Origin: Ylistrum balloti
Taxonomy: Eukaryota
Reading direction: 5' to 3'
Length of the DNA: 64,000 nt
Assembly: GCF_031769215.1 (NCBI RefSeq)
Contig: NW_026781894.1
Coordinates: 186,001 to 250,000, forward strand
The notes below the pieces were generated by a model, which was not told the DNA's origin, searched no databases, and saw only the letters and a list, made by a program, of their open reading frames with translations. Both the position numbers and the translations under genes were made by a program. Below are positions 11,937 through 23,800 of this stretch, one piece after another; the first letter of the stretch is position 1, and the number at the start of each line of letters is the position of its first letter.

Positions 11937-14900
11937 TCACTTGAAGACATTTCCGTCAATGAATTTTTCCCCATTAACTATATCAGGCGTGCTAAAGTAA
12001 TCTTCCACCAATTTCCTGTCTTTCTCATCACTAGGGTCTAGTTTTTTCCATGTGTATGATTCATAGTCCACAGACCAGTCCTCGTTCAACTACAGCGAGA
12101 GAAAAACAAGAGAAAATCTTTAAAAAACTTTCTGCAAATAACCATGAAATATTTTCTGTCATCCATTTTACCTATCATGCTGTGAGATTTTCATCCAACT
12201 TTTATAATGCAAGAAATTTTTTCAGGTATGAATGATTTATCATCATCAGTTAAATTACCTACAACATAAACCTGCCATCCACGTGATCAGGAAAGCTACA
12301 ATGAGATATCTAAAAGATACATGCACTTCTAAACATATCAACTCACCTCAAAAGCAAGATTTTGTCCCCTCCAGAACCAAACGCCACTTATATTGTGACC
12401 CTTCTCTTCTCCTAAAATGCACATGCTTGCAAAGGAATTCTTGCGCATTTTGTCAATTCTTTGGAAAAATCCTGTGGAAGTAAAAATACATCTCAGACAA
12501 CTGTGATCTTTAATGAGAGGGAGAGACAGGATAGTTTGGAAGGTTAGGTTTTTCATTTTTTGCATATAATGCAAAATTTTTGCAGTAAATAACTCTGCAT
12601 CAAAGATTACATATTTGTCTAGTATCAATAAACAAATAAAGTATAATATCTAACATTCTTTAAATAATCACCTCTCATCAGGTTTGAGGTCATGAAGACT
12701 TGTGACAGGTCATCTTTGTAATTGTAGTCACAATGCCAAATAGACATGTTTTCTGGCTCAAAGTGTTTCCAGAAGTAAGGTAACGCCTCTTTCACTATAT
12801 CCTTATTGGAATATTCCCTTTTAAATTCATCAAAGTTGAATTTTCTGAAAAGGAAACAATATCTAGAACAAACTATGAATCAGTATTTGCACATATCACT
12901 GTTATTTCAAATTTTGACCTTTGGCCCTTCAAATTTGACCTATGGCCAGTAAAATCAAATCAGTTGGATTATTTTATTTTACAATACTGTGGTGTGCATA
13001 TAAACTGAAGATGTTGACAATAATACTGCAAAATTGACACCATATATACCTTGACTTGTGTATATAAACTAAAATGTTTAAAAGTATTATGCATACTGAA
13101 TATTATTAAGGAGGTTCTTAAATAAAACGTGTGGGGGCGTTTTGCGGCAGATGAATTGTCATATTTTTGGTGGTTTCTTTTGTGGGTGTAGGGACAACAC
13201 TAAAATGCATTTAATGAGTGATGGGTGCTACTACAAACTGAATTATATGGGTTACTGGTTAAACAGGAACCCCAAAAAATTCAAATGTAGGGGTAAATAA
13301 ACATGATACAGAAAATAAGATCTTGACGAAAAAAGATCTTGTGGGTCAAACAATTCAGTTGTTTTGATTTTAAAAAATATCAAAATTAATTAATCAATTT
13401 ATTCTTCCTAATCTGTGTTTGTTCTGCATCCAAAAGCTCAAGGGAGAGAAGTTGTGTTGGTTTCGAACCTCTTGGACCCAACGCAACTTAAATAAAATGG
13501 CAAATGATAAATAGAGTATACACGAGGTAGCCACATGGCTTAATCAAAATCATCAGTTGTTAATCTCCTGATGTCAAGCAATGCTATTAAATTATGGGAT
13601 GGTAATCTCAATGGCTTCAATGATATAATCTGGATTTGGAAGGGACCAGACAAAAGGACATATTGTCAGTTATGATTGTGTTGATCTCCCGATGCTCAGC
13701 AATGCTAAAGCTTTTCAACAGGGATCACAGCTGTTTCAAAGAACCGAATATCCAAATGAATTGTTGATGGTGCAAAGCAATGATATGAAAATAAACTAAA
13801 TTTGGGGGTTAGATTTTCCCAGTTGGGCCCTGCCAATTGGCCCTGGCGAGCTAAAAACTAGAGCATTTTTTCAACCCCTACCCCTTTCAAACTTTGAATC
13901 TAAAACCAAAATATTTAATGATTCTGTTTAATCATATACTATCATTTCTTTATCAACTTAGCCTCTCTACAGAAACATAACGAGTACCTGTTATTATCAA
14001 TACCTAATGATATTCTTTTACCCAAGTATCTATAACAGACAGTTGCACATAAAGACATGAAAAGTGATCTTTTCTAGATCCAACCCAACCTCATGTGAAT
14101 TATCATTAAGATAAAAGAAGCTACAGGGGATTGATTTAACATTAACAACACACTCAATACAACTTATAATCAGGACACTTACGTTGGTGGACACTCTGCC
14201 CAAGGGTCCTTCTTTTCTTTGGGTAATTGTGGTATATCATCCTCTGGTTCCACCTCCTGTAAAAATTTTATGTCCCATTTCAATTCCCTAGTATATCTAA
14301 ACAAATCTTATCATTCATTTGATTGAACTAAATTTATACAAAATACATGTAAGGATCAACAGGGAAAAGGTTTGCAAGACCTGTATAAACTGCATTAAGC
14401 TGTCTTCTTGCACTCATCCTGAATAGTCAATGATCAGTAGAGATAATTCAAAAGGAAGAATTGCACTTCAATCTTAAAGAAAAAATCCAATTACAAGGGA
14501 GTGCAATTAAAAAAATTTCCCAACTTGACATTCATACTAGCACTGATGAAATTTTTACTACAGAAGCACAAATTCTAACATCTTTTTATAGACACATGAC
14601 ATACTTTCATTATACTACAATACAGGTATAGTAAGAATATCCTATGTTGCAAATAATTTGGATAGAAAGGGAAAACAAGACACCCAATGAGCCTGCAGGG
14701 CTCACTTGGCATGTTTATACCATGCACATATTATACCTCTAAACCTTACAGTTCATCAGAAGAAGTAGTTTAAAATTTTCACAAATTTGAACCCCTTGAT
14801 CTTAAATAACAGTCCAGATCATTTCTTTTCACAAACTTTGCTGGGATTTATCAAAGGAACATACCAGCCAAACATGCCTCTATGCATATGTGTTCATGAG

Positions 14901-17900
14901 AAATCATTTAAAGATTTTAACAAGTTTGACTTCTGTGACCTTATAAATAGGTCAAGGTCATTTTTTTGCACATTTTGTCAGGTTTTAATTCTTGGAACAT
15001 ACCAGCCAAATATCATGCATCTAGGTGTTTCAGTTCAAGAGAAGAAGTCATTTAAGATTTTGACAAATTTGGCCCATGTGGCCTTGAATATAGGTCTTTT
15101 CACAAACTTTGTCTTGCTTTATCCTCGAAACATACCAGCTAATTATCAAAACATTTGGCCCCTTGGGCCAGGTGAGCTAAAAAATTTATGAAATAATTAT
15201 CAAGGTTTTTTCCCTGTACTTATTTAAGATGCTAACATCTATTATCAATTATTTTTGATACAAATAAATACAGTTATATTATTATTTAAACTTTGTTGAT
15301 TTTATCCTGAATTCTGGATCTGTTAATCAGTAATGCAATGGATGCTTCCTGATACACTGCATATTTCACAAATGATTTTTCTTTTTTATGTTTTCAGAAG
15401 ACCATAGTCAAGGTTTTCATTATGTAAAAGCTGGAACATTGGTATAAAAGTCGCAAGAACTAACTGAACTGAAGGCATATGTCACTCATTTTACCCACCA
15501 ATGTATAATCTTTATTAGCTCTTTAAAACTTGGTTCTTTTGCTCTCAATTTCAGAAAATTTGAGAATATAATTAAGAAATAGTGTTTATAACCTGTACCT
15601 ATAAATTCCAAGATGACCACACGTCAACCATTTTTTAAAAATCAGTACCAAATCTGATAATACAACATAATGGATCAAGGAGACCTGCATATGAAATAAG
15701 ATATATTCAGTTCTAAAGAAGAATTATCCAGAATGAGTTGTTTCAGGATGGAGGTTGGGACTACAAGCACAGGGTAATTTGAATAGCCCACCATCCTATG
15801 AATATTGGCTAAAAATAATATCCAGATGTGCAATGCTTGGGGGAAGCTATGATATGTGCAGTTTCATTGAAATCAGTTTGAGATAGGATGGCCAGACTGA
15901 ATGAGATATTAAATTCCTTCACACCGTTTCTTTCTTCGGCTGTTGCTTCTTAGGCTGTTCCTTCTTTTGTTCCTTCTTGGACTTGCCTTCCTTTTTACCA
16001 CCACCATGGAGCTCTGCATATTTCTTTCCTTCAAGATAAATCATGAACAGTCCAACTATATTTGTTATACAAAAGGAACACTTGATAGGATTTAACAAAA
16101 CAAGTTCTATATGAAAAGCTTTGTTTTCATGAAGTCAGTAATAAGACATCCATATCACTTGTGAAATTTTGAACTATTTTCCATTTACTTCAGCTATAAC
16201 CTCTAAACCCAAAATTTAAACGAATCTTTCTAATCCTTTCAGTTTGGACACTTTTATCCAGAAGGTGGTAAAAATCAAAGTACTGCAAAGGAGTTACCTC
16301 CTAAAAGAACCGGCAGCAGGGTTTTCCATAAGAGCCGGTCGCCGCCCAATTTGACCGGCTACTTTGATCATTTGGCTGCCTACACCAATCCAGTTCCATA
16401 ATAATGTTCCATACACGACTACACTTACATGGCAGGCCAGCCTCCTACTTACACTACACAGCCCACTACTAGCAAAATTATGGCAAACCCTGCGGCAGTA
16501 TGGGGTGCTGTATTCAAAACACTCCTTACAAATAAACCACCATAATGTCAAAGATTGTATCTGCAATTGACTTCCATAACATATGACCAACTGTAACAGA
16601 TCTCTTAACTTTAGGTATTCTGATAGTTTATTATACATCTTGAAAATCATGCTCCTTTTAATTTTAGGTATTCTATTAGTTTAATATACATAATGGAAAT
16701 GATTTCCATCAATCACATCTAGCATAAATTGTGTCTCAAATAAGTAAGCATTATTCTTACCATCTGCCTCCTTCATTTTGGAACAAAGGGAGAATGACCC
16801 AATGACAGACTTGAATTGTGGTTGATTGATGAGCGTGTTGAACCACCGGTTCACATTTCCAAATGACCCTCGGAATGATGGATCCATAACCTTTAATTAT
16901 CACCAGAAATCAAATTTATTTATTTTGCATACATCTAATGAAAATAGCACACTTAAATCTAACTTCATTCATTCTTTAAAATTTTGAAACTTGGATGCTT
17001 TGCTATAAAATGCAAGAAGTTTAAAAACAAAATAACAAAAAATGGATTACTTACATTTTGGTAAGCAAGCATGAGGTTACATGCAAGACTGATGTCAGCT
17101 TGGGAGATGCGCTCTCCAACGAGGTAAGTCCTTGTCCTTAAATAATTATTGAGCACCGTCAGAGCTTTTTTCATCTGCTCTTTTGCCTTATCACCTTCCT
17201 AAAAATTAGGAACGGTTATATTATATAGCTCAGTCCCAGTAACAGCCAAGAAATTCTGTTAACGCTTAGAGTTTTATGATCGCAACATAGTGTGCTCTAC
17301 AGCTTCCCATATAAAACTTATTTCATGTTGGCCAATAAAAATTTGTGTCCAAATCCCAATTAATATGCCTTCACATTTTCAGTTAAAAATACTGATCAAT
17401 ACATTACTTTCTTTATCAAGCCTTCAACCTTGAAATGATTAGCAATCTTTCAACAGTGATAATGTGGCTTATCACCTCTCTGAATCACAAGAATAAGTTT
17501 ACCTGCTTGTTAAATGGTGTAATCCCTAGAGTAGGGAACACCCAGGTGCATGACGCTGGGTAAATTTCATTGTCACCAAAATTAATCCATTGCTGGATTA
17601 CAGCCTGGTCATGGGTGTTACTGCCTTGCAGCTGAGCATTTCCAACTGAAAACAATCAAAACAAACATTTTCTTCATAAATTTCTTACTTCATCAATCTT
17701 ACTTCTGGTCTTGGGTACAATTACTAGCCAATAACTGTTAGACAAATAGTGTTAAGTAACACAATCTAATGCATTACCAGTAAAAAATCTATCATGTCTG
17801 GTCAATATGCCTCCAGTTCTTACACGCAAGTCTAACAAGGACAAACATGCCTTTGATGGAGGATTAAGGTAATATGGAAGTTCCCGATATTTTTCTTCGT

Positions 17901-20717
17901 AATCCCCAATAGCAACATCACTAATGATTTTGCTTAGGTTTTAACTTTTTGTTTTGACACTGTTTTTGGTACTATTGAATTCCTATGACTAGCCATGATT
18001 TATTTCCTTCATGAATCCCCAAGAATTTATCGTGAAGATGTTTGTATGTCTTACTTTCATTTTTTTCTATGCACCCCATGCTCTCAACAACAGAACCTCT
18101 GATGAAAATATGAGGTGTGTGGTTGATATGCCCTTCCGATGATAGTTTATGTTTCTTGGGAAGTTAAACATGTGCTGACATGATTGTGTATGTGGGCAAG
18201 ATATTTTATCCTAATTGCTCTAAAAGACATGGCAAGGGCCTCTCTTATGTTGTTACTTGAGGTTACTTCAAGGAGGAAATGCCTTAAAATGTTTGGCTGT
18301 TCATGTGGTGATAAACTGAGCAAACAAATTCAACAGTGAACTATCATTAAGTATTGTAAATGCAAAACACTTTTTTAAAACTATGGCAAATTATACAATG
18401 ACACCAACTGAGGAAAGATTTTTTTTAATCTTATTGCCACCAGAATATAATCACATTCAACGTTGTACAGTCTGGAATAAGAATAAGTGATGAACTACAC
18501 ATCCAAAGCTGAGCAGTTCTGAATGGCTTAACAACAAAAATAAATACCAGAGGGATCTTGGTACCCATGGTCATTTAATCCACTTGTTTTTAAAAAGTTG
18601 GAAAGCAATAAATTTTTAAGTCAAAATCCCAGACGGCTGCCTGCCTTTTATTTTTCTGAATAGTACCAAAATCACATGGACACAACTAGGAACCAAGGGA
18701 AACCTACAAATGAAATTTGAGAAAGATCCATCCAATACTTCTCAAGAAATGGCAATAACAAATATTACTTAAGATGGACGATGGATATAGAGCAAATCTG
18801 ACAATTGTAGGCTAGTAAACGAAATAACACTATTTGTCTCTGATTATCAGTACCAGCAACTGTATATGTATGATAAAGGTTAACAGCACAGACTGATATC
18901 ACTTCAGTCAGGTTCTTGGGTCCAGATTTTGCTTAATATTTAGATTATTCTGTTTCCAGTAGACAACATCAGATCAGGAGTAGTATAATCTACCTATCAA
19001 CTTTTGTAGCTATAAAAGTTGCTATCTGGAGTACATTTCCGATCTTTTTTTCTTTTGATTTAAAATTGCATACAAACAAGAATATAGGTACCTTTGATAT
19101 GCTAATACAGCTATTACAGGTGTTTTTACAATAGCTACTTGGTCTGTCGGCAGTTTGTACAGTATATGCTGAAGTTGCCAATAGCTGTTACACAAGATTG
19201 TCAGATTGTTATGGTAAACGGTGTGATTATATTTGCAGGTAATATAAAAGCCAGATGTTCTCAAGAACAACATTACCCTGAATCAGATATTATATGTATA
19301 TCCTGGAACCTTTATATCATCCAGGTTCTATCTCAAGATGTATATACATGTGTAAATTAAAAATTTCTTTCATAAAAATAGTTGTTAGACAGTCTGTTTC
19401 AAGTAACACAGCAATGCATTACATGTAAAATCAACCAGTCAATCTGTTCAATCTACCTCCATTTCTTACACATAAGTCTGCCAAGGACAAACATGCCTTT
19501 GATAGAGGGATAAGTTATTTCAGTTTTCTGTATTTTCTCATAGTTTAGTGGTGACATAATTCACACTGGATTAAACTTACCATAGTGGGCTATGGCATTG
19601 CTTTCGAAGACACAATCACCATTGCTACTTTCAAAGGCCGGAACCTGCAACACACAACAAAAAAGTCTAGAGTTATTCTCTTTGCATTGACAGCGACACT
19701 TGATACATATTCAATAAGTTTTCACTTTATCAGTGATTAATTATATCTTAAGGTGAGAAGCAGAAATCTACAGGGGTTAAATTGACTTAAAATTGAGCAA
19801 TTGAGGAGAAAGCCAGTATGCATGAAACAAACCACGCTGAATTATTTTTTTTATATTAAGATAAAAGTGAAAGAGACAACATAACAGTTCCTTCAGCTGT
19901 TATTAGTGTCATTTCCTCCATAGCTGTCCTGAAATAATGAGATTACCGGTCACATGGTACATTCGACACCAATTTAATCAAGTGTTACTTCGACCGTGTC
20001 AAAAATGTCAACAATAGTGTAGAAGGCAGACACCTCTTTTTTCACGATACACTTGACTGAAAGCGAAATATTCCACTCGAACTAAACACTGTATAGCGTT
20101 GAAGAATCTGTCAGCAAATGAAACAAAATCAGTGGAAAATCAACATTGAAGGATTGGGAGTCGGTAAAATCAATTACACCAAACGTCATAAAAATACATG
20201 GTCGTAGTAATAACAACCATTACTGTTAAGAAACAACTTTTGGATATACATCATTGGACATGGCCATACAGGTGGTTTTTTATGAATGCAACTCGCGAGT
20301 CCCCCGGTCAGTCCAGCCGGATGCCAAAATCAACATTTTCTTTCCTTCAGCAGCAGTCCTTACTAATATGATACGCATCAATTCAAGAGAAGACAAATAA
20401 CCATCATATACAAACCTTTCCAAGTGGAAATTTTTGCAGGAACTCCTTCGTGGTATTAGATTCTCCTAATTTGAAGCCAGAGGAGACGGTGACTTTTGCA
20501 CCGCTGTACTGAGCAGCGATTAGTGCCTTGTAAGCACGAAAGTTTTCGGGGTACGTGTAGAGAGTCTGAATGAAAATAATAAAAAATAATTATAACAAAA
20601 TATCTATCTGTTATGTATCTTTAAATTGTAAAATGCATTGAACTTCAAGTACCGAGATTGTTTAGTAACACGGGCGATTGCACTTTAAGTGCCACGATTA
20701 CCTACCCCAGTCGCCAT
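11937..20717 (-). CDS. EEF1G: Eukaryotic translation elongation factor 1 gamma, 423 aa, 11 exons
   Basis: Exons: 20717-20706, 20565-20416, 19644-19581, 17645-17503, 17198-17055, 16890-16761, 16028-15925, 14256-14183, 12844-12672, 12471-12347, 12089-11937 (1272 nt, all GT-AG, phases consistent). Protein: [26 protein letters not shown] (GST-like N-terminus), Lys/Glu-rich linker, [12 protein letters not shown]...[16 protein letters not shown]...[14 protein letters not shown] (EF1G domain). Confidence 0.97.
13380..13858 (-). mobile_element. HINE-like element in EEF1G intron 8
   Basis: Ends in GGGCCCTGCCAATTGGCCCTGGCGAGCTAAAAA, the reverse complement of a HINE 5' terminus with hairpin. Left boundary uncertain. 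Confidence 0.45.
14345..14470 (-). ncRNA. Weak H/ACA snoRNA candidate in EEF1G intron 7
   Basis: Hairpin, H box AGAAGA (14408-14403), second hairpin, ACA at 14350-14348. The 3' end is about 88 nt from the acceptor. The second hairpin folds poorly by eye. Confidence 0.25.
14672..15185 (-). mobile_element. Near-complete HINE element
   Basis: Subterminal inverted repeats GCTCAC(T/C)TGGC (14700-14710 and 15167-15177), hairpin TGAGCC-TGCAG-GGCTCA next to the AAACAAG end, A/T-run flanks, and three internal subrepeats (AACATACCAGC about every 135 bp). Confidence 0.75.
16317..16492. mobile_element. 176-bp MITE, 15-bp TIR, 6-bp TSD CGGCAG
   Basis: CAGGGTTTTCCATAA...TTATGGCAAACCCTG flanked by CGGCAG on both sides; 174/176 identical to 33760-33935. 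Confidence 0.92.
17733..17867 (-). ncRNA. H/ACA box snoRNA candidate, copy 1, EEF1G intron 3
   Basis: About 135 nt in the host-gene sense. Hairpin 1: CCTCC/GGAGG and GCATG/CGTGT. Hinge ATATTGA. Hairpin 2: AGACA/TGTCT, ATAG/CTAT, GTAATGCA/TGTGTTAC. ACA 3 nt from the end. The 3' end is 87 nt from the acceptor. Paralogous to 19380-19513. Confidence 0.7.
18600..18790 (-). mobile_element. HINE internal-repeat fragment
   Basis: GGACACAACTAGGAACCAAGGGAAACCTACAAATGAAATTTGAGAAAGATCC is the reverse complement of the motif at about 51245-51295. Confidence 0.6.
19380..19513 (-). ncRNA. H/ACA box snoRNA candidate, copy 2, EEF1G intron 3
   Basis: Same architecture. The upper stem GTAATGCA/TGTGTTAC and TGTCTAACA are conserved, while loops and the lower stem are replaced by other pairing sequence (CTGGTT/AAACAG). 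Confidence 0.7.
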
Positions 20718-20868
20718 TGCACCGGTAGAGAGAGGAAGCGCAATACCACATCCTGTATGACTTGCGCAAACAGCAGCATTCTATGAGGAGAACCCGGATG
20801 TTGGTGTCTGGGCCCAGGGAATCGCAATAATATTTTACCTGTCGTAGTAGACACAGCAAGCTACAAAA
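20718..20868. promoter_or_regulatory. Compact bidirectional promoter EEF1G/PPP3R1 with 5'TOP motif
   Basis: 151 bp between divergent ATGs. Minus-strand CTTCCTCTCTCT (20738-20727) is a TOP-like start. ETS-like CAGGATGT (minus, 20756-20749) and CCGGATGT (20794-20801). Palindromes TTGCGCAA (20762-20769) and TGGGCCCA (20809-20816). Confidence 0.75.
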
Positions 20869-23800
20869 ATGGTAAGATAAGGGGGTTCTTGAACCAGAAG
20901 ATACCCTACATTGCAAAACACGAATATAATGTTAATGATATGCAAAATTTTTAACATATCATTTATGTCTGAGAACCGAAATTAGACCGAAACGTCCTGT
21001 TATCAGATTGGAACCGAATCAACTTGTTCATAATCAGTCGGTCCTCATAAATTCGGGTTGACTGTACTGTAGTTAAGATTGCTTCATTGTCATTGACGTA
21101 GTTAAACGTTTCCTTTTCAGGTACCGATATCAATGTTGTGACATCAGTTACACTATCATTATAACGCAGATACACTGTGTTGTAACGTTGGTATGCACAC
21201 AGTATGCTTACTTCAGCAGCTGACAACAGTTTCTTCCTTCACAGATATTCTTAGTTTTAATTTAAGAGCTGTTGAATTGATGCTCAAGTGATACTTAGTC
21301 ATTTCTACTTAGGGTCGTGTGAGGAATTATGTACAATTTGAAAATATAACATGCAAATCAATTCTGACAGGACTGGTGATTTATGTCAAAATGAAAATGT
21401 ATAAGGTCTACTTCAGTATCTAAGCTAATGATTTATTCCAAAATTATGATAATTCCAAAAATAGAATGGTCGTAGTTACAATTTACTATGAGTTAATATT
21501 GTTTTGTAAAATATGATTTAAGGGATACATGATCCAAATTAAATAATCCACACTCCAAAATATACACCAATTTGCATATGAGAATGTGCTGGAAGCCTAG
21601 CTGTCTTTAATATAATCAATTTTATACATACATCAGCATTCATAGTAGATATCCTCATGTGATTAATTTATGAGTTCAGATAGCTCCAAAAGAAGTAGTT
21701 CATGCTAAAAACTATGTGTATACACTGTTAAAATGCAAGGTAGGTTTTGATACATTTTATTCATAGATCATGGAATAGATCAGGAGTTATCAGCCAACAT
21801 AGCAGTACTTTCCAATCATCACAGCAATACTTTAATTCACTGTATGTATTAGTGGTTACCAAGCATGCAGCATACTTTTGGGTATTTTTCTGAAGCCCTC
21901 AGGTCTGTTGCTGGAAATTGCACAAAAACTTGAAAGTTTGGGATTAATAATTTGCTTACTATATATATATGATTACAGAGCGAGATTTAGATATTGTAAT
22001 TCATATAATTGGTTGGGGAGGAGGGATCTGCAGTCTGTCTAGTCACATCATTTATACCATATTCACCATATTATGCTTGTTATCAAGAATACTGATTACT
22101 TTGCCTCATGTGGACAATTATTTCACACATAAAATCTAGTATCAAAGTTCGTCATGTGATCAAGTGGTATATTTGATACATCATGTTCTTATCTGCTACG
22201 AGTGATGATTAAACGCTCGCCATAATTAATAGTTTACACTCTCTTTAGCAAAAGTTGATGTTGTCGATTTTTTTGGATGTATAGTTTTTGATAGGAAAAT
22301 GAGTAGACATGAAAACATTTAATTTGTTTTGGACAGCTAGTATTATGGTATTGTCCTTTCTTTCATCTTTGATCATTTGCTTATCATTGCTCTATCAGAC
22401 TAATGGACTTATTTTAAGACAATTTTTTTTAAAAATCTTGATAGCTTGTGTAAGTTTCATTCTACAACAGCCAAAATTTATGAAAAGATTGCTTGTAATT
22501 AATAAGTGCAGCACCTATTCCCTTTAGATCATCCCAACTATGAAAATTCAACTGCAAGTCATAATAGCAAAATTAATTGACATTGCAACATCAAGAATGA
22601 TGCAGCGTGACATTTGTACATATTTAAAAGGCTTAGAACAAATACATGTATACAGAGATGTAATAAAATAAGAAACTGTTAAGCAGTTTTCTAATTTGCT
22701 AGAAGAAATGTATAAAAACAATTATGGTTATCAAACATTCTTCTATCTTCTGTTTTATATCGCAACATGCTACTAAAAGCTACATCTTAAAAATGATGAA
22801 AATGATGCATGAAAAATTCAGTTATGTCCTGCAAATTAAATTTTGTTGGAAACCATGGAAACCTGTAATAATTGTAATAAATTTATTGGTAGGTCAGTCA
22901 TTAATTTGTTGAAACTTTTTCTTTTCAGGGAAATGAAAACTCTTTGCCCATGGAGTTATGCTCAAATTGTAAGTACAATCTCATAAAATTTGACATGTCT
23001 TTAATTATCTATGTTTGAGAAATTCATTCCAGATACTGTATCACAATTGAAGTATTGTAATTTAGGTTGTAAAACTTAATATTTATATGCTTAATCTTAA
23101 AAAATTTCTGCACAACATTCTGATTGTTCAGTTGGAAAATTACCAGCAATGTGCAAGTTATAATGATGACTGTATAGTTGCAACACTTCTAGTTTTATGT
23201 TTTTATGTAAATGTCAAGGAAAAAACAAAATAAATCAAAATTTTTGAACCCATTATTATTTATAAACATATAAAGAACATGATAAAATAATTTAAATTGT
23301 CAATTTTTACATTTTTTTTTGTGCTTTTTTATATCCAGTTGATCCAGATGAGATTAAGAGATTAGGCAAACGTTTTCGTAAACTTGATTTGGATAACTCT
23401 GGATCCCTGAGTGTAGATGAATTTATGACTTTACCAGAACTACAACAAAATCCTCTGGTGCAGCGAGTGATAGACATATTTGATACTGATGGCAATGGAG
23501 AAGTAGATTTCAAAGGTAAGGATATTATTATTTTATGATTGTTTTCTGATTGTGGGTGTAACTGTTTAGTTTTAGCGTATTGTGATATGTGTTGCCATAC
23601 AGGAGGATCATGTTTAGATGTATATTGCGGTATTTTGCCTGTACTTTGATGTTGACATGTACATGGTATGTGTCATTATGCACTTGCATTTGGATAAGAC
23701 CTAGATTAAGCGTCAATCAGATCAAAGTTTATGCTTTTGAACAGTTTTGTTTAAATATTTTGCAAACAAATTAATCCTCGATACTCCAGGGGTTATGATC

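Noticed and set aside
12599-12612. TAATCTTTGA on the minus strand, complementary to 5' 18S rRNA, as a snoRNA guide
   Set aside because: No box C/D or H/ACA context; explained as one arm of the intronic inverted repeat.
16294-16650. ORFs [14 protein letters not shown]..., also at 33807-34019
   Set aside because: They arise from the non-coding 176-bp MITE.
21200-21250. Minus-strand LSAAE|GTAAGC as an alternative EEF1G first exon
   Set aside because: No ATG before an in-frame TGA; the real first exon with TOP motif and ATG is at 20706-20738.
22200-22270. GTGATGA box-C-like motif in PPP3R1 intron 1
   Set aside because: No box D or terminal stem at a suitable distance.
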